From assembly GCF_022045235.1 (NCBI RefSeq), contig NW_027266275.1, positions 36,084,001 to 36,148,000 of the forward strand: a stretch of 64,000 nt of DNA, given 5' to 3'. Positions 43,527 through 56,499 of this stretch are shown here, piece after piece. The position numbers and the translations under genes are program-made. Every line of letters begins with the position of its first letter. The stretch's first letter is position 1. Below the pieces are notes generated by a model. That model saw nothing but the letters and a program-made list of their open reading frames with translations. It was not told the origin of the DNA and did not search any database. The stretch is from Haliotis cracherodii (Eukaryota).

Positions 43527-45157
43527 TTCCTCATGATAAAGAAGTTGATATCCATAAATTCTCTTTCTTAAATGTTAAATTGTTTTCTGTTTTCACAGCT
43601 CAACGAAAATAGTACAACTGGAGTGAGCATCGTTAAAAATACATCTCACAGATGTCACTCAAATGCCAGAACTATTTAATAGGATTGGCATTTATTTGAA
43701 CTGAGGTTTCTGCCAAAAAATATGAATCAGAATGTCTTGAATGTTCTTGAAATAAAACAAACGATCGAATCACGCATTGGTGTTTTAATAGTGGTATCTG
43801 ACCCATACGTTTTGTTTCCCCTGTCCGTTTCGTATGTATTTATATGAAGTATGAAATGGAAAATATACTTACGGATAATTGGAATCACTGTAAATGTTAC
43901 CAGATTGGCTCATTTCAAGTGAACCAGGGTATAGGTTGAACAGGCTGTGTTGGTGTGAGTCAAGCTTATTGTGGTAAAAAGTCCTCATCACTGAGAGAAT
44001 CCCCAAAGGAAGTAGTGAGGAGGTTTTCAAAGGTGATAGCTGCTTTAACGACAAAGGCAACACAATCCCGTACTTCACAAATAACATAGAGGCCCGTCTG
44101 TGCGATCACAAATGTCGCAGGTTTTCGTGCCATGTACTTTCTCAAACATCAACACATCTCCTCGCTTTATGTTGGCACTACAGTGGATTCGAATCCTACA
44201 TGGCAGCAGGGAAATAAAAGTAGCAAAGATTTGCTTCCATTCCAAAGTTTCAACAGTTCACTTTATGTACGTCAACTGTCATGAATATGGCTGTGTTTTC
44301 AAACCATTGTGAAACTTGAAAGTTTTTTTTAAAAAATAACAAGAGTTTGCCACTAACGTGGCTATATCCCCCGCCCCTGTTGCAGAATTTATGACATAAT
44401 TAAATCTAAACAAACCCTAACCTTTTTTAACCGAGGTGGTACTTGTCATGGTAAATGTAAAAAAAGAAAGAATTTGGAACCTAAGTCCATCTTGTTGCCA
44501 TGGAAACGTTAAAAATAAAAATTTCTAAAATTTCTAAATAGCAAAAGGCACAAGTTCAGCATGTACCTGACAAACCTGCGAAGTTGGATGGAAAAATATT
44601 GAACGGTTTAGGATTTATGCTCTGGAAACGAACCCTACCCTAACAGAACCTAGGGCCATCTTGTTGTCATGGAAACGTAAAAAAGAAAAAATTCTAAAAT
44701 TTCTAAATAGCAAAAGGCAGCAGTTCAGAATGTACGTGACACACCTGCAAAGTTTGATGAAAAAATATTGAACGGTTTATGAGTTAGGCAGGATGCACAC
44801 TTCGACCATTATTTTTGATGCATGCGTTAGGGTGCGATTTTATCAACACACAATATGCGAATTACATGCGTTCTGTCATGCGATGAACTATGCGATAATT
44901 GTCTTTTCATTTCTTTTAGAATTAAGGCCTCTAAAATAGCTTGCCTTGTCCTTTTGGAGGAGTCTGAGGATGAGTGAGTGAGTGAGTTTGGTTTTACGCC
45001 GCTTTTAGCAATATGCCAGCAATATCACGGCGGGGGACACCAGAAATGGGCTTCACACATTGTTCCCATGTCGGGAAATCGAACCCGGGTCTTCAGGGTG
45101 ACGAGCGAACGCTTTAACCACTAGGCTACCCGACCGCCCCAGTCTGAGGATGAAGAA

Positions 45158-47050
45158 ATGGAGGAGGAGGAACTTTGTGCATGTCTGGCAATGTTTGAGA
45201 AAGAGAAAGGGGGAAAGAGAAAATTGTGGATCCATCCTTTCACCAACAATCGTCTGGATGAGGGATCCTACCATCGTTTGGTGAAGGAACTAGAATGGGA
45301 TTGTGATGAGTTCCATGGATATTTCAGAATGTCGAAAGATATGTTCGATTACGTTTTGGCGAAAATTAAAGATGTCATCAAAAGACAAGACACACGGCTC
45401 TGCAAGTCCATTTCACCTAGGGAGAGATTGGCAGTTACATTAAGGTCAGTTACTTTCATTTAGCGTTGGTTTAAAAAAGAACAAAATTCAAAATCATTGA
45501 ATATGATCTTTAATTCTTAATATCACCCACTGTGTATGGTACAAAATAAGATTTTAAAAATCTAAATAAAATACTATTTGTCAAATATTGTGAGCCATAC
45601 TCTTTGTCAAATATAGTGAACTATACTCTTTGTCAAGTATTGTGAGCCATTCTGATTGTCAAATATTGTTACATATTCCACATTGGTGGTTGGTATTCAA
45701 AAGTACCCTCTTGCTGTGGGTAATAACTTTGATTGTAGACATCTGAACCAAAAGTAGCTTCGTGGAACACCTGAGCAATTTTGATTTTGACCATGCTCTT
45801 GCTGGATTCTGAAAGTTGACTCAGTTGAGCAGCATATGACATCATAGGACACTGGCAAATATTTTATCCCGTTGTTCTTGCCTCTCCTGGTTTCTCTCAC
45901 GACTCTCCGTTAACATCGACACTATTTGAGATGACTCTTTGTTGTTGGATTATTGTTTCACTTGTTTCGTTTTGGGTGGTGCGGGTGAAGGAGAAACAGA
46001 CCTTGATGAGCAGCTTGGAGAGGAAGACACAGACATGCTACGTTTCTTCCGCCTGAAATAGATAGAAATGATAGTTAATGTTTTTACATATCAAATGAAA
46101 AATGTGCTTTTTATTTTCAGATATCTGGCCACAGCGGAATCTTTCACGTCTCTTTCCTACAACTATAGAATCGGAGCAACAACTATTGGTCTCATTGTGA
46201 AGGACATCTGTGCTGCTATCTGGCAGACAATGCAGCCAGAGTTTATGAAGGTGCCATCAACATCTGATGATTGGAGAGAAATAGCCAATGGGTTTGAGGA
46301 ATCTTGGCAGTTCCCAAATTGCTGTGGAGCTCTCGATGGAAAACATGTAGTGATGAAAGCCCAACCCAACTCGGGATCAGTATTTTACAATTACAAAGGC
46401 ACATTCTCCATCATCATCCTGGCTGCAGTTGATGCCTAGTACAGGTTCATCACAATTGATGTAGGATCATATGGTATGAACAATGATTCTGGCGTATTTC
46501 GCTCATCAAAATTTGGACAGGCACTCAAAAATGAATCTCTCTTGTTGCCACAAGACAGTGCACTCCCAGGAGCTGAGGAACTTGGAGAACTCCCCTACGT
46601 ATTTATTGCTGATGTACGTTTGCCCTTGCTGAAGAATCTCATGAGACCATATGGAGGTCGAGGAAGAACAGAAGAGGAGCGTATTTTTAACTATCGCCTC
46701 AGCCGAGCCAGGAGGATAGTCGAGAGTGCTTTTGGGATTCTGGCTACAAGATGGAGAGTGTTTCACACCAAAATAATGACGGAACCGAGCACAGCAAAGG
46801 AAATTGTAAAGGCAACGTGTGTTCTTCACAATTTCCTTCAAAGTGCTTCTGGAACAACCAACGAAACACTCACCCAGACCATGCACGAGATGAGTGTTCA
46901 ACGCTAGCAGGGCTGTCCAATTACACTAGACGAAACAGCAAGGTTGCTGAACAAATCAGAGACACCTACAAGCATTACTTTAACAATCAAGGACAACTAA
47001 CCTGGCAGACCGAACTTGTGAGGAAAGGCTTGTTTCCAACGAAAGATTAA
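45158..47050 (+). pseudogene. Harbinger transposase, copy 2 (exons ending 45444 and starting 46121)
   Basis: Same motifs and the same premature stop (46437-39) as copy 1. Confidence 0.92.
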
Positions 47051-47688
47051 TGAACTTACATAAGTTCAACTTGTTCTTGCAGTGGGGATATTTGTTCGTC
47101 ATCACTATAGAGATCATCTTGTTCCTGGACGTCAGCGTCTTCTTTGTCGCTTGGCATGTTGCTGTCAGTGCTGCAGAAGAAGGGGATTGTTGACTTTACT
47201 TATCTAATTTGAAACAGTGATAGCTTTGTTTGACATAATTTTATTACCAGTAAAATAGTAAATAGTTTACCAATCATCCTCCATATAATCATCCAAGAAC
47301 ACAAAGGACTTAAACCAGGACCATTTTGGTTCCTATATGTCGGCAGTGCCAGCACCACCTTTTCTGCTTTCTTTCAATTCTCTTTTTTTGCGCTTGTACG
47401 TGTCCTTTAAACTTCTCCAACAAGTTTTAGCTGAAACAAATAAACACTATTGTAATTTTTAGATAAAATATTGCAATTGAAGTTTATCATGCTGTATTTC
47501 CTTTTTTACTTACCTTCAGAAGTGCTGACATTCAGAGAATTTGCAATTGACGTCCAAATATTATCGATGACATCAATATCTCTATAATCTTTGGACCTAT
47601 TGTCATACAGAGTTGGGTTTCTTTCGACGAGACTAATCACCTCGTCATTGTTGATGCCGGAACATTTAGCTTGCTTTTTGCCTGCCGT
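45669..47688 (-). pseudogene. Harbinger MADF-BESS-like gene, copy 2
   Basis: Paralog of 38688-40706. Start codon is ACG, exon 2 keeps frame. Confidence 0.8.
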
Positions 47689-48230
47689 CCTGTGTGTTGA
47701 TGCACAAAAACACAATAAAATACAGTAAAATACAATAAATGTATAAGATAAACATGCACAAGCGTGTGATTTGGTAGTTTACATTGCATCATAGGAAAAC
47801 GGAAAATAACGGAGCAAATCACCTGTTTCATACAACACGAGCAGCCATGTTGTTGGAAAACCCCTTTCTAAATTGCCAATTTATGACGTCATCCATGGAT
47901 TTCCCTTGTGATTTGGAATGCGTTGCGTTAAAAATAGGAGCACCTCCTATCCAAATCGCATCGCATGGCATCGCAATCAATTTTCGCACGAAGTGTGTGA
48001 CCTTAATGACAAAACCACTGCTTGTGTTTTTTCGATCACATCCCACGACGCAACGCATTGAAATTCGGACGTAGTGTGCATCCCGCCTTATGCTCCGAAA
48101 CGTGACGGACGGACGTATGGACGGACAGACGGACGGAGCCCGTTTCTATATTCCCCGCCAACTTTGTTGGGCAGGGGATAATTATGGTAGCCCTGAGCCA
48201 CCGTCTCAAGGGAGGTCTCATCTCCCACAG

Positions 48231-48398
48231 AATACACAACATGAGGTGTCCGAAAAAAGGAGGTGGTTCAGGTGTATCAAGGAGGTCAATAATGAATATT
48301 CTGTCCTTCAGGTCAATGTCTTTGGTGTAGTGTTCTTGCACTATTGGCCAGTAGACCTGATACAAGGTCTTGTTTACAAGCTGGTTGATGATGGTCAT
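48231..48398 (-). pseudogene. Ras-like GTPase fragment, copy 4
   Basis: MTIINQLVNKTLYQVYWPIVQEHYTKDIDLKDRIFIIDLLDTP. Confidence 0.72.
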
Positions 48399-50169
48399 TC
48401 ACGATACATACTGACGTCAACGTTGTGTGAAAACAACTCCACCATCCCTGTCTGACAAGGATGGCCACTCTCTGTCTGATATGATAATCAGAGCTTAATT
48501 TCCCGATATAACAGGCCTGTGAGGTTATGAAACTACATACTTTTAGGCGATAAGTACCTCCCTGGCGAGTGTTGACGTCACCCGTCAGCCTGACCACCCG
48601 TTCCCGTTAGTCGCCACTTACATGTACGACAAGCATCCTGCAGTTTTGGTGAGTTGACGATGTATCACTTCACCGCACACAGTTGAGATATAGATTGTTC
48701 TTAAATCATGTTTAATAGATCTAGATGAAAAGAACAAGAAAAATGGTATAATCTGTATTTGATGACAATAGATAAATACATGGTTGAAACAGATTGAGAC
48801 ATTTAGATTGTAAAGATTCAATAGAGACATCTGACTTGGTTCAGATTCCAATGTCAAGACAGGAGAGAATATAAGCTTCCGTCAAATATGATAGTCTCCC
48901 GTCATCATTAAAAACAGGACCCTTGAAGATCCAGGGTGGAATAGGTCTTCAGCAACCCACGCTTTCCGTAATGTGCTTGTCGTAAGTGGTAAGATGCGAC
49001 TAACGGGATCGGGTGGTCAAGCTTGCTGACTTGGTTGATGCATGTCATCGTATCCCAGTTCCGTGGATCGATGCTCATGATGTCAGTCACTAGATTGTCT
49101 GGTCCAGACTCAATTATTTACAGACCGCCGCCATATAGCTGGAATATTGCTGAGTGCGGCGTTAAACAACAAACCAACTAAACCAAATGTTTCGATTGTC
49201 TGTTGTCTGTGACTTTATGCCCTAAAACTACCAAAAATAGTGCTAGCCCACTGAGGTAAAAGGCCATATTGTTTAATCTCTCAGTGCCGAGAGCAAGACA
49301 GATAAAGAACAAGTACCATCTTTTAACATTTACTGGTGGACGCGGCCGGGGATCGAACAACCAACCTTCTGCTCTTCGGGCATAGTGGGGTTGATACGAG
49401 TGATGTTAGAGTGAGTGAGTTTGGTTTTACGCCGCTTTTAGCAATATTCCAGCAATATCACGGCGGGAGACTCCAGAACTGGGCTTCACACATTGTACCC
49501 ATGTCAGGAATCGAACCCGGGTCTTCGGCGTGACGAGCGAACGCTTTAAACACTAGGCTACCCGACCGCCCCTGTGATGTTAGAGATAAAACCTCAAATT
49601 GGTATTCTGCTCACAAATATGGTGCCAACACTTTAGGATTCCAGTAAGAATATTGGCCCCCAGTAACCTATGCTTGTCGCAACAAGCGTCTAAAAAGATC
49701 AGGTAATTCTCGCGGACTTGGTTAATATCATTAATCGATGCTAAAGATATCAATCACTGTATTGGCACCTAAACTAATTACATTTTATTTTAATCACGGG
49801 GACACAGGTCGTCCAGTCGTCTAAGGCGCCGTAATGAAGAGTTGCATCCCTTGGGCACGCCCAAAACCTATGATCGTGAGTTCGAATTCTGGGTCGCCTA
49901 GATTATGTTTCTAGGTTTGTCAGCACCATACATGTGTTCGTGTGTTTCACCAAAGTGGAAAACGTCTAAGACCTGCATTGCATTTGGCTTGTGATATTAC
50001 TGGAATCGTGTTCAAAGCAGCATTAAACTCAACCCACTCACTCGCCAAATAAAGATTGCTGGTGATGATATATATAGAAGAAATATTTTATATATATCAA
50101 CCTTTATTTCACGTACTGAAGAGGCCACAGGCCTATAGTACAATTTGAAGAATATACAATTTTATACAA

Positions 50170-50810
50170 TTTATGTACATATCTCACCAAATCACCTCAC
50201 GTCATTCCACATCGCATCTCAACACAGTCACATATTTTCACACATACCGTACAACCCCATACCCTGTAATTTCATAATTTCTATTTTACCATATCACAAC
50301 TTGTTATATCATACAACATATTCTATAACATCATATCATATTGTATCATTATTATAAGATCATACTATATAGTATTATTTCATATACCATTATCATATCA
50401 TAACATACCATACATACCATCGTACCATATATCACACCTATATTATATCACATTATAACATGTCATATCACACAACACATTAGCAATTTCATAGCTTGTC
50501 CCATCATATCTTATCATATCATACCATATAATGCCATGTCATTCCATGCCAATTTATATCATATCAATCAATCAATATTTATTCAACACTGGAAGACCGC
50601 AAGCCATATAATGTGTACACTAAAAAACAGTATTTACCCAATTTCTATAATACACATAACATATTGCATCATATCCCCTCATGTATCATATCACACCATA
50701 ACACTTATCATATCATATCATATCACATCATGTCATTTCACATCATATCATTTCATATACATATAACTATACTAAACCCTTTGTAATATCACGTCCCACA
50801 ATATCATATG
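50170..50810. repeat. Degenerate (CATAT)n pentanucleotide repeat
   Basis: Runs of catat/tatca/cacat, absent from the paralogous upstream region near 33350. Confidence 0.85.
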
Positions 50811-51390
50811 ACAGCCTTATAGTTTAATACCATTTCTAACTCTTTTCTTTGTAGTTTATTCAAATGGCAAAGATCTATAACAGTGTACTTAATGTATATA
50901 CACAATAGTTTCCTAATACCAAGCAGCTAAGATTATTCTTTCATAAGGTTCTGTCGGTATAAAAAGGCATAATATATGTACATGGAAACATTTTGTAAGA
51001 TACTTCTTTTTGTGTTTGACAGCAGTGTTACAAATTTAATAAAATTAAGGTACCTGTAATAATAAGCTTGCAGGTATTTTTCTCTAAGGTGTAAATACAC
51101 TGGACATACAAGTAAGAATGCAAGTAAATATTATAAAAAAATGACATGTGCAATTACCTGGAAGAAATGATATTTTAACATTAACACTTGCAATGAACAA
51201 CAAGAATGACTCATGCACAAGCCAATAACAAACAGATTTATTCATAGACGTCTGACGTCAGCAGTGTTGCTCTTGGAAATTAATCCTCCAGTGCATATAA
51301 AAGGTGAAGACAAATGCGTGTTGGTATCACTTTCTTTCAAGATCTCGAGAGTGTCATATCTGAGCGTTACAAGGTTTTCATCCGATAAAC

Positions 51391-52029
51391 ATGTCCTTGC
51401 CTATACCATCAGTCAACTCCTCCACGTCTGGATCGGAGGGATCTTTCAGGATCGCTGTGATGGGAGCTTCGGCAGTAGGTAAGAGCGCCATCATCAACCA
51501 GTTAATCTATGGAAAGTTTCTCCGAGGCTACGCGGCCACGATACAAGAACGCTATATTACGGACATAGACGTGGACGGCAGACACGTCGTGCTTGACATC
51601 TTCGATACCCCCGGGGCCTACTGTTTCGCCAACGTAAGGAAACTGGCCATGACCAACGCCGATGCCTTTGTGTTGGTGTATTCTGTGGGAGACGAGTCAT
51701 CCTTTGAGAACATGGCTAATCTGAGACATTTGATTGTCCAAGAGAAATCTGTTGACGTTCCTATCCTTGTTGTAGGAAACAAGACTGATCTGACAACCAC
51801 CGATCGCTTCATATCCAAAGACAAAGCTCAATGCATGGTGACAAGCGGCTGGAATCACAGCTATATGGAAGCCTCTGCCAAAGACAACGCCAACATTTCC
51901 GAAATATTCCAGCTGATTGTGAGCCAAACAAGATCCTATTTAACCGACAAAAGACGGCGCATGACTACGCCAACTGCCGCCCTAAAGACACTTAGACGCA
52001 AACTGACGAGGTCCAAAACCTTCAATTAA
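51391..52029 (+). CDS. Intronless Ras-family small GTPase, paralog 2, 212 aa, no CAAX
   Basis: All G boxes intact, 5 aa differences from 33604-34242, CRE and TATA upstream. Confidence 0.92.
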   Translation: MSLPIPSVNSSTSGSEGSFRIAVMGASAVGKSAIINQLIYGKFLRGYAATIQERYITDIDVDGRHVVLDIFDTPGAYCFANVRKLAMTNADAFVLVYSVGDESSFENMANLRHLIVQEKSVDVPILVVGNKTDLTTTDRFISKDKAQCMVTSGWNHSYMEASAKDNANISEIFQLIVSQTRSYLTDKRRRMTTPTAALKTLRRKLTRSKTFN

Positions 52030-52909
52030 TATAAAAGTTCTCACCATGGTGGTGGTCACCGATTGAATGGTCTCACTGAAGTGCTGATTGTTATGCTTGA
52101 ACATTATGATGTTTTTGTGATGAATGTCCGCACTTAACTGAATATTCTAAGCATGATAGGTTCATATAACTGTGTAGTTTATTGTATATAAAATATTAAA
52201 TCTGAAGCCTATTGTTCTGTGTTTTTTCCAAGCAGTGGATATTCAGACTGGCTACTTCTTGCTTAACAAAGGTATAAGAATCTATAACGAAACGTCACTA
52301 TTTTAGTAACATAAAGAAGTCGTAGACATAAACGTTCTGTCTACCTTGTCATCCGTTAACTTCCATGAAATCCCTATCAAACGAAGCTACATAACTGCAT
52401 GGCAGCTGGTGGCGCATGTCACAGACGGCTACCACTTAGGCGCATGATCCAAGTACACGATTCATGATTCTAAACTATTATTCATACGAGGCCGACTGAA
52501 GGAGTAATAAAAAGACATCATATATTCATACATGCATACAGAGACAGAGAGAGAGAGAGAGAGAGATGTGTTCAAATTGATCCATCCATCCATACTCTCT
52601 AACAGCAACACGAGAGAGCAACACTGGTGGACACGCATGGAGTAGCTGATCCTGTGTTGTTCGATTCCCTTGGACATGGCGACATTATAATTGGAATGTT
52701 AAAATGTTCTGAACCTGTCATATTTCCATTCTTAACAATCTTATTAAACAAGCTCTTTTATTCTGAGGTATTTCCTGGCGAGGGAAGCCTTTAATGGGTC
52801 ATTTGCTCTATTTTTGTTATTGAAATATCAAGATACTCAGTTGAAATTTCAAGTTATTATCTTGAAATTTCAATAATAAGAATTTAAGAAATGGCCCTAA
52901 TAGACTTCC

Positions 52910-53420
52910 GTACCTGACTCCTTGACAAAGTCAGTCATAATTCCCTTACTTAAGAAAGGAAACAAACAAAATCCAGATAATGACCGATAAATATCTCTTT
53001 TGTGTGTTCTACAGTTTATACCTCCATATTAAAAACCAGACAACTAATTGGGCAAATGTTAGAGATAAATGTGACAGAAATTCAAGCTGGTTTTCGACGG
53101 GAAATTCTGCAATGGATCATGTTTTCATTTGCAAGTGAACAAAACTGTTCCCTTTGTTGACTTTCGAAAGGCACTCGACTCGTATTAAGCTTTGAAATTG
53201 TTTCTTCGCATCTGGTTTACGCGGGACAAAGTTAAGTGCCCTTAAAGCCATTTGTACCTCGATGAAAACATGTGTAAGATTCAGCGATGGTGTGTGCTAG
53301 ACTGTCATATCGGTTTAATACAAGGCTGTATATTTAGCCCTCTTTTATTTTAATTCTTTATCAATGAAATTTAATTATCTTTGGAAACTTTAGACCAATG
53401 GCCATAATGCCACGTTGTCG
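52910..53420 (+). pseudogene. Decayed non-LTR RT fragment (truncated copies at about 35505-35771 and 42468-42734)
   Basis: IIPLLKKG...PDN.R.ISLL, IQAGFR, FVDFRKALDS. Confidence 0.72.
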
Positions 53421-55409
53421 TGCTTTGGTTAAGTTTGACACCTTTTGCTTGTTTTTGTATGGGCGACAACGCGAAACATAGTTGAGACCATTTATCTTTG
53501 CCTTTGTCCAAATTGTGCTGTTGAGGATAAAAAACTTTCCGACGCAGAGGGGTATTGTCATAGCTTTCTTATAACACCAAATTTCTGTTATTTGGAAATA
53601 TATCTCAATCAACTAATATTTGTAAATTAATATGACTCTTTTAAAGGTAAATTCAATGTAGGCAATGCACAAACTGACCGCCGCGTACCAGTGATTTATA
53701 TTTCACATAATATTTATATGGCTAAACACACTGTGACCCCAGCACTGATCCAGAGACTCATTATGCAAATCTACCTTGTCAGACTGACACGAAGGGTCAT
53801 TCTCTCATGGTGCCAGTGATTAGTGTCTTAACATCAGGTCACATGGTCTGCGCACATTTTCTTTCCGACCACGACCTATACTGACCAAAGTTTAGGATCA
53901 TGGATATTTTTATGAAATTGTGTGCTCAGGCTTCTATACCAAAACATATTCCCCAAAATATTCACGATCTCCAAGTTTTTTGTTCAGTATACTAGTATAT
54001 TGAAAGTGAGGAGTGAATGGTGAACATTCAAGCAACCTCATTTTGTCATGTTTTCATTGTAATTTTGTTCATTCTCTAAAATAAAAATGAGTTTGTTTGT
54101 TTGTTGTTTAACGGAAAGAATAAGAATGCTTGCCGTGAAAGGCGACTATGCTTGTTGTAAGAGGCGACTAACGGGATCGGGTGGTCAGGCTCGCTGACTT
54201 GGTTTATGCATGTCATCGTATCCCAACCTTAAGTCGACAAAAATAGAACGGTGTGTTGTTAATTTATTATGGCATTTCTAAAAAACGTTTCCAATCACGC
54301 CAAATTGTCAATGGAACTATTTAGAACCACACTGAATATTAGTGATAAGAGTATTTGTTTCTAAATGCTATATACGTCTGTTATAGACCATTGTTTCAAT
54401 GGTCTTGCACACAGCTCGTAAGTGATACCAGCTTATAGTTAGAATGATCAGTAAGGTCACGGGACCCGTGAAGATCCAGGGTAGAATAGGTCTTCAGCAA
54501 CCCATGCTTGCCGTAAAAGGCGATTATACTACCATATTGCATGGATCGATGCCCATGATGCCAATTAGTGGATTGTCTGGTCCAGACTCGATTATTTACA
54601 GACAGCCGCCATATAGCTGGAATGATGCTGAGTGCAGCGTTAAACAACAAACAAATAAAACCAAGTAAGATCACGGCAAGGTTTCGGAATTGGAATATGC
54701 ACCGCATTTGGTCACAATGAAGGGAACTTATCCGTTGTCGAGATATAATCAAATATAGTTAACAATGTCTCTAAACAGGAATCAGGTAAATTTTTAAGTG
54801 ACTGATAGTAGATATTATCAGCACCTGTAGCCGTGTCATGAGCTTGCCGTAAGGTGGTATGCAGCTCATAAATGGAAAATATTTCATTATAATCCTTACC
54901 ATTATCAAAAGTGAAATTAATTTTCTTTTTTTCCTGTTCTTTAGATTTCTGAAACTTTGGAGGTATAATTTGATGAGGATGAATGTTTAGCTAGTTTCTC
55001 CTAATTTATTTGCCTATGAGATTTATCGGTTAATAATGTCACTATCTTTAGGATCGTGAACACTAGATTTGGAACTTTTACCTTTAATCCTTTGCAACAT
55101 ATTCCAAAACTTAGACATTGGTGTTCGGGAATTTCTTTTTGAAACGAACGAGTTTTTGCATTGAAAATTTATTCAAGTTATGGGCAGTTGGATTGTGATG
55201 GAAATATTTCTCTGCCTTTTTTCTAGCTTTCCTAGCTGAAACCGGTTGCAAAATCTGGTTGCGCATGAATATTGACATATGTCCAAATATGGGCATTGTT
55301 TACATTCCTATGCATACGCATTAACATGCGCCTGGAGTTGTGTTTTCAAACATAACAGCACCGACGCTCAAGATCCTTTTGGAAGAATTTCTTCAACTTA
55401 TGAGTACTA

Positions 55410-55737
55410 CCGTATTCGACGTAATAATCGCCTAGGGCGCTCTCAAAATTAGAAATAGGGGGCTCTTATTAGAATATTATTTTGGTGGAAAAAAAACAGA
55501 GTTGAAAGATAAATTTCGTGGTTTATGGTGACAGCCTGAAATGTTTATGTACGACAGATATATTTTTCCAGAATTAAATTGCCCATAATTAAGGGTGCAT
55601 ATAACGCACGAGTGTGCAAATACGCGAATAAATAAGTCTTGTGTACATTGATCAATCGGAAGGGTTGCTAATTGGGATTGTATACTAGCCAATATATCAG
55701 CAAATATCGCTGTGGGCGCTTATCACGTCGAATACGG
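55410..55737. mobile_element. Tc1/mariner-type MITE
   Basis: TA flanks, TIRs ccgtattcgacgt.ataa.cgcc / ggcgcttatcacgtcgaatacgg. Confidence 0.8.
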
Positions 55738-55741
55738 TAAG

Positions 55742-55915
55742 TAAGGATAAGATATATGGATGAACAACTCTTTATTACAATAACCTACTTAACCGTATAA
55801 AACACTTGTCAACCATACCCTGTACATCACTTGCTTAATAACGGTGTGACAAGCACACCGTAACGTCGCTCCTAATTGTAATAAAGAAGTTGTTCACCCA
55901 TATATCTAATCCTTA
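55742..55915. mobile_element. MITE with about 40-bp TIRs
   Basis: taaggat.agatatatgg.tgaacaact..tttattacaa / ttgtaataaagaagttgttcacccatatatctaatcctta. Confidence 0.75.
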
Positions 55916-56160
55916 CTCGTTAACTGAAGATCTGGTTACTGACGAATTTGATACTTTAGTGGTTGCTTCAGAAGGTGTTCTAGTGACGGAAGCTTGGTTG
56001 GTTGGTTTGTGTTTAACGCCGCACTCAGCAATATTATTCCGGCTACATGACGGCGGTCTGTAAATAATCGAGTCTGGACCAGACAATCCGGTGATTGACA
56101 TTATGACCATCGATCTACTTAAGAATAGAGAATTGTTTGGTGTTGGCAGATTAACAGTTT

Positions 56161-56499
56161 ATATTAATTAGATCATCCTCTGGCATTGGTATAAGCGTTC
56201 CCATGACAACATTTAAATCCAGCGCAAATTTGCACTTGTGTCAATTTACATTTGCACCTGCTCCAGACATATACCCCGTTCACATGCGCCTCTATACATA
56301 TGTGTGTATATGTGCATACGTGTGTAGAAATACATACGTGAGTTCATGTGAACGCGTTGACTCATGTGTGTATATTTATACCAGGAGCAAATTTGCATCA
56401 TGTCTGGAGCAGGTGCAAATGTAAGTTTAAATTTGCACTGTGTGTATATGTTGCAATGTGAACGTTTATGTCAACGTAAGAGGATGATCTAATTAATAT
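56161..56499. mobile_element. Foldback MITE
   Basis: atattaattagatcatcctct / agaggatgatctaattaatat, plus inner ttacatttgcacctgctccagacat / atgtctggagcaggtgcaaatgtaa. Confidence 0.75.

Larger units (their letters stand above)
44787..48087 (+). mobile_element. PIF/Harbinger DNA transposon, copy 2 (duplicated with its flanks)
   Basis: Same TIRs, TTA TSD and insertion site as copy 1. Confidence 0.95.
25955..53179. repeat. Three-unit tandem segmental duplication (25955-35771, 35766-42734, 42729-53179)
   Basis: Shared order Tc1 fragment, PLE tail, Ras fragment, Ras gene, RT fragment. CTCGAC at every unit boundary. Confidence 0.82.

Noticed and set aside
50110-50135. CTGAAGA-ggcc..ggcc as a hammerhead core
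   Set aside because: No GAAA follows. It is the reverse complement of the LINE 3' hairpin also seen near 14018.
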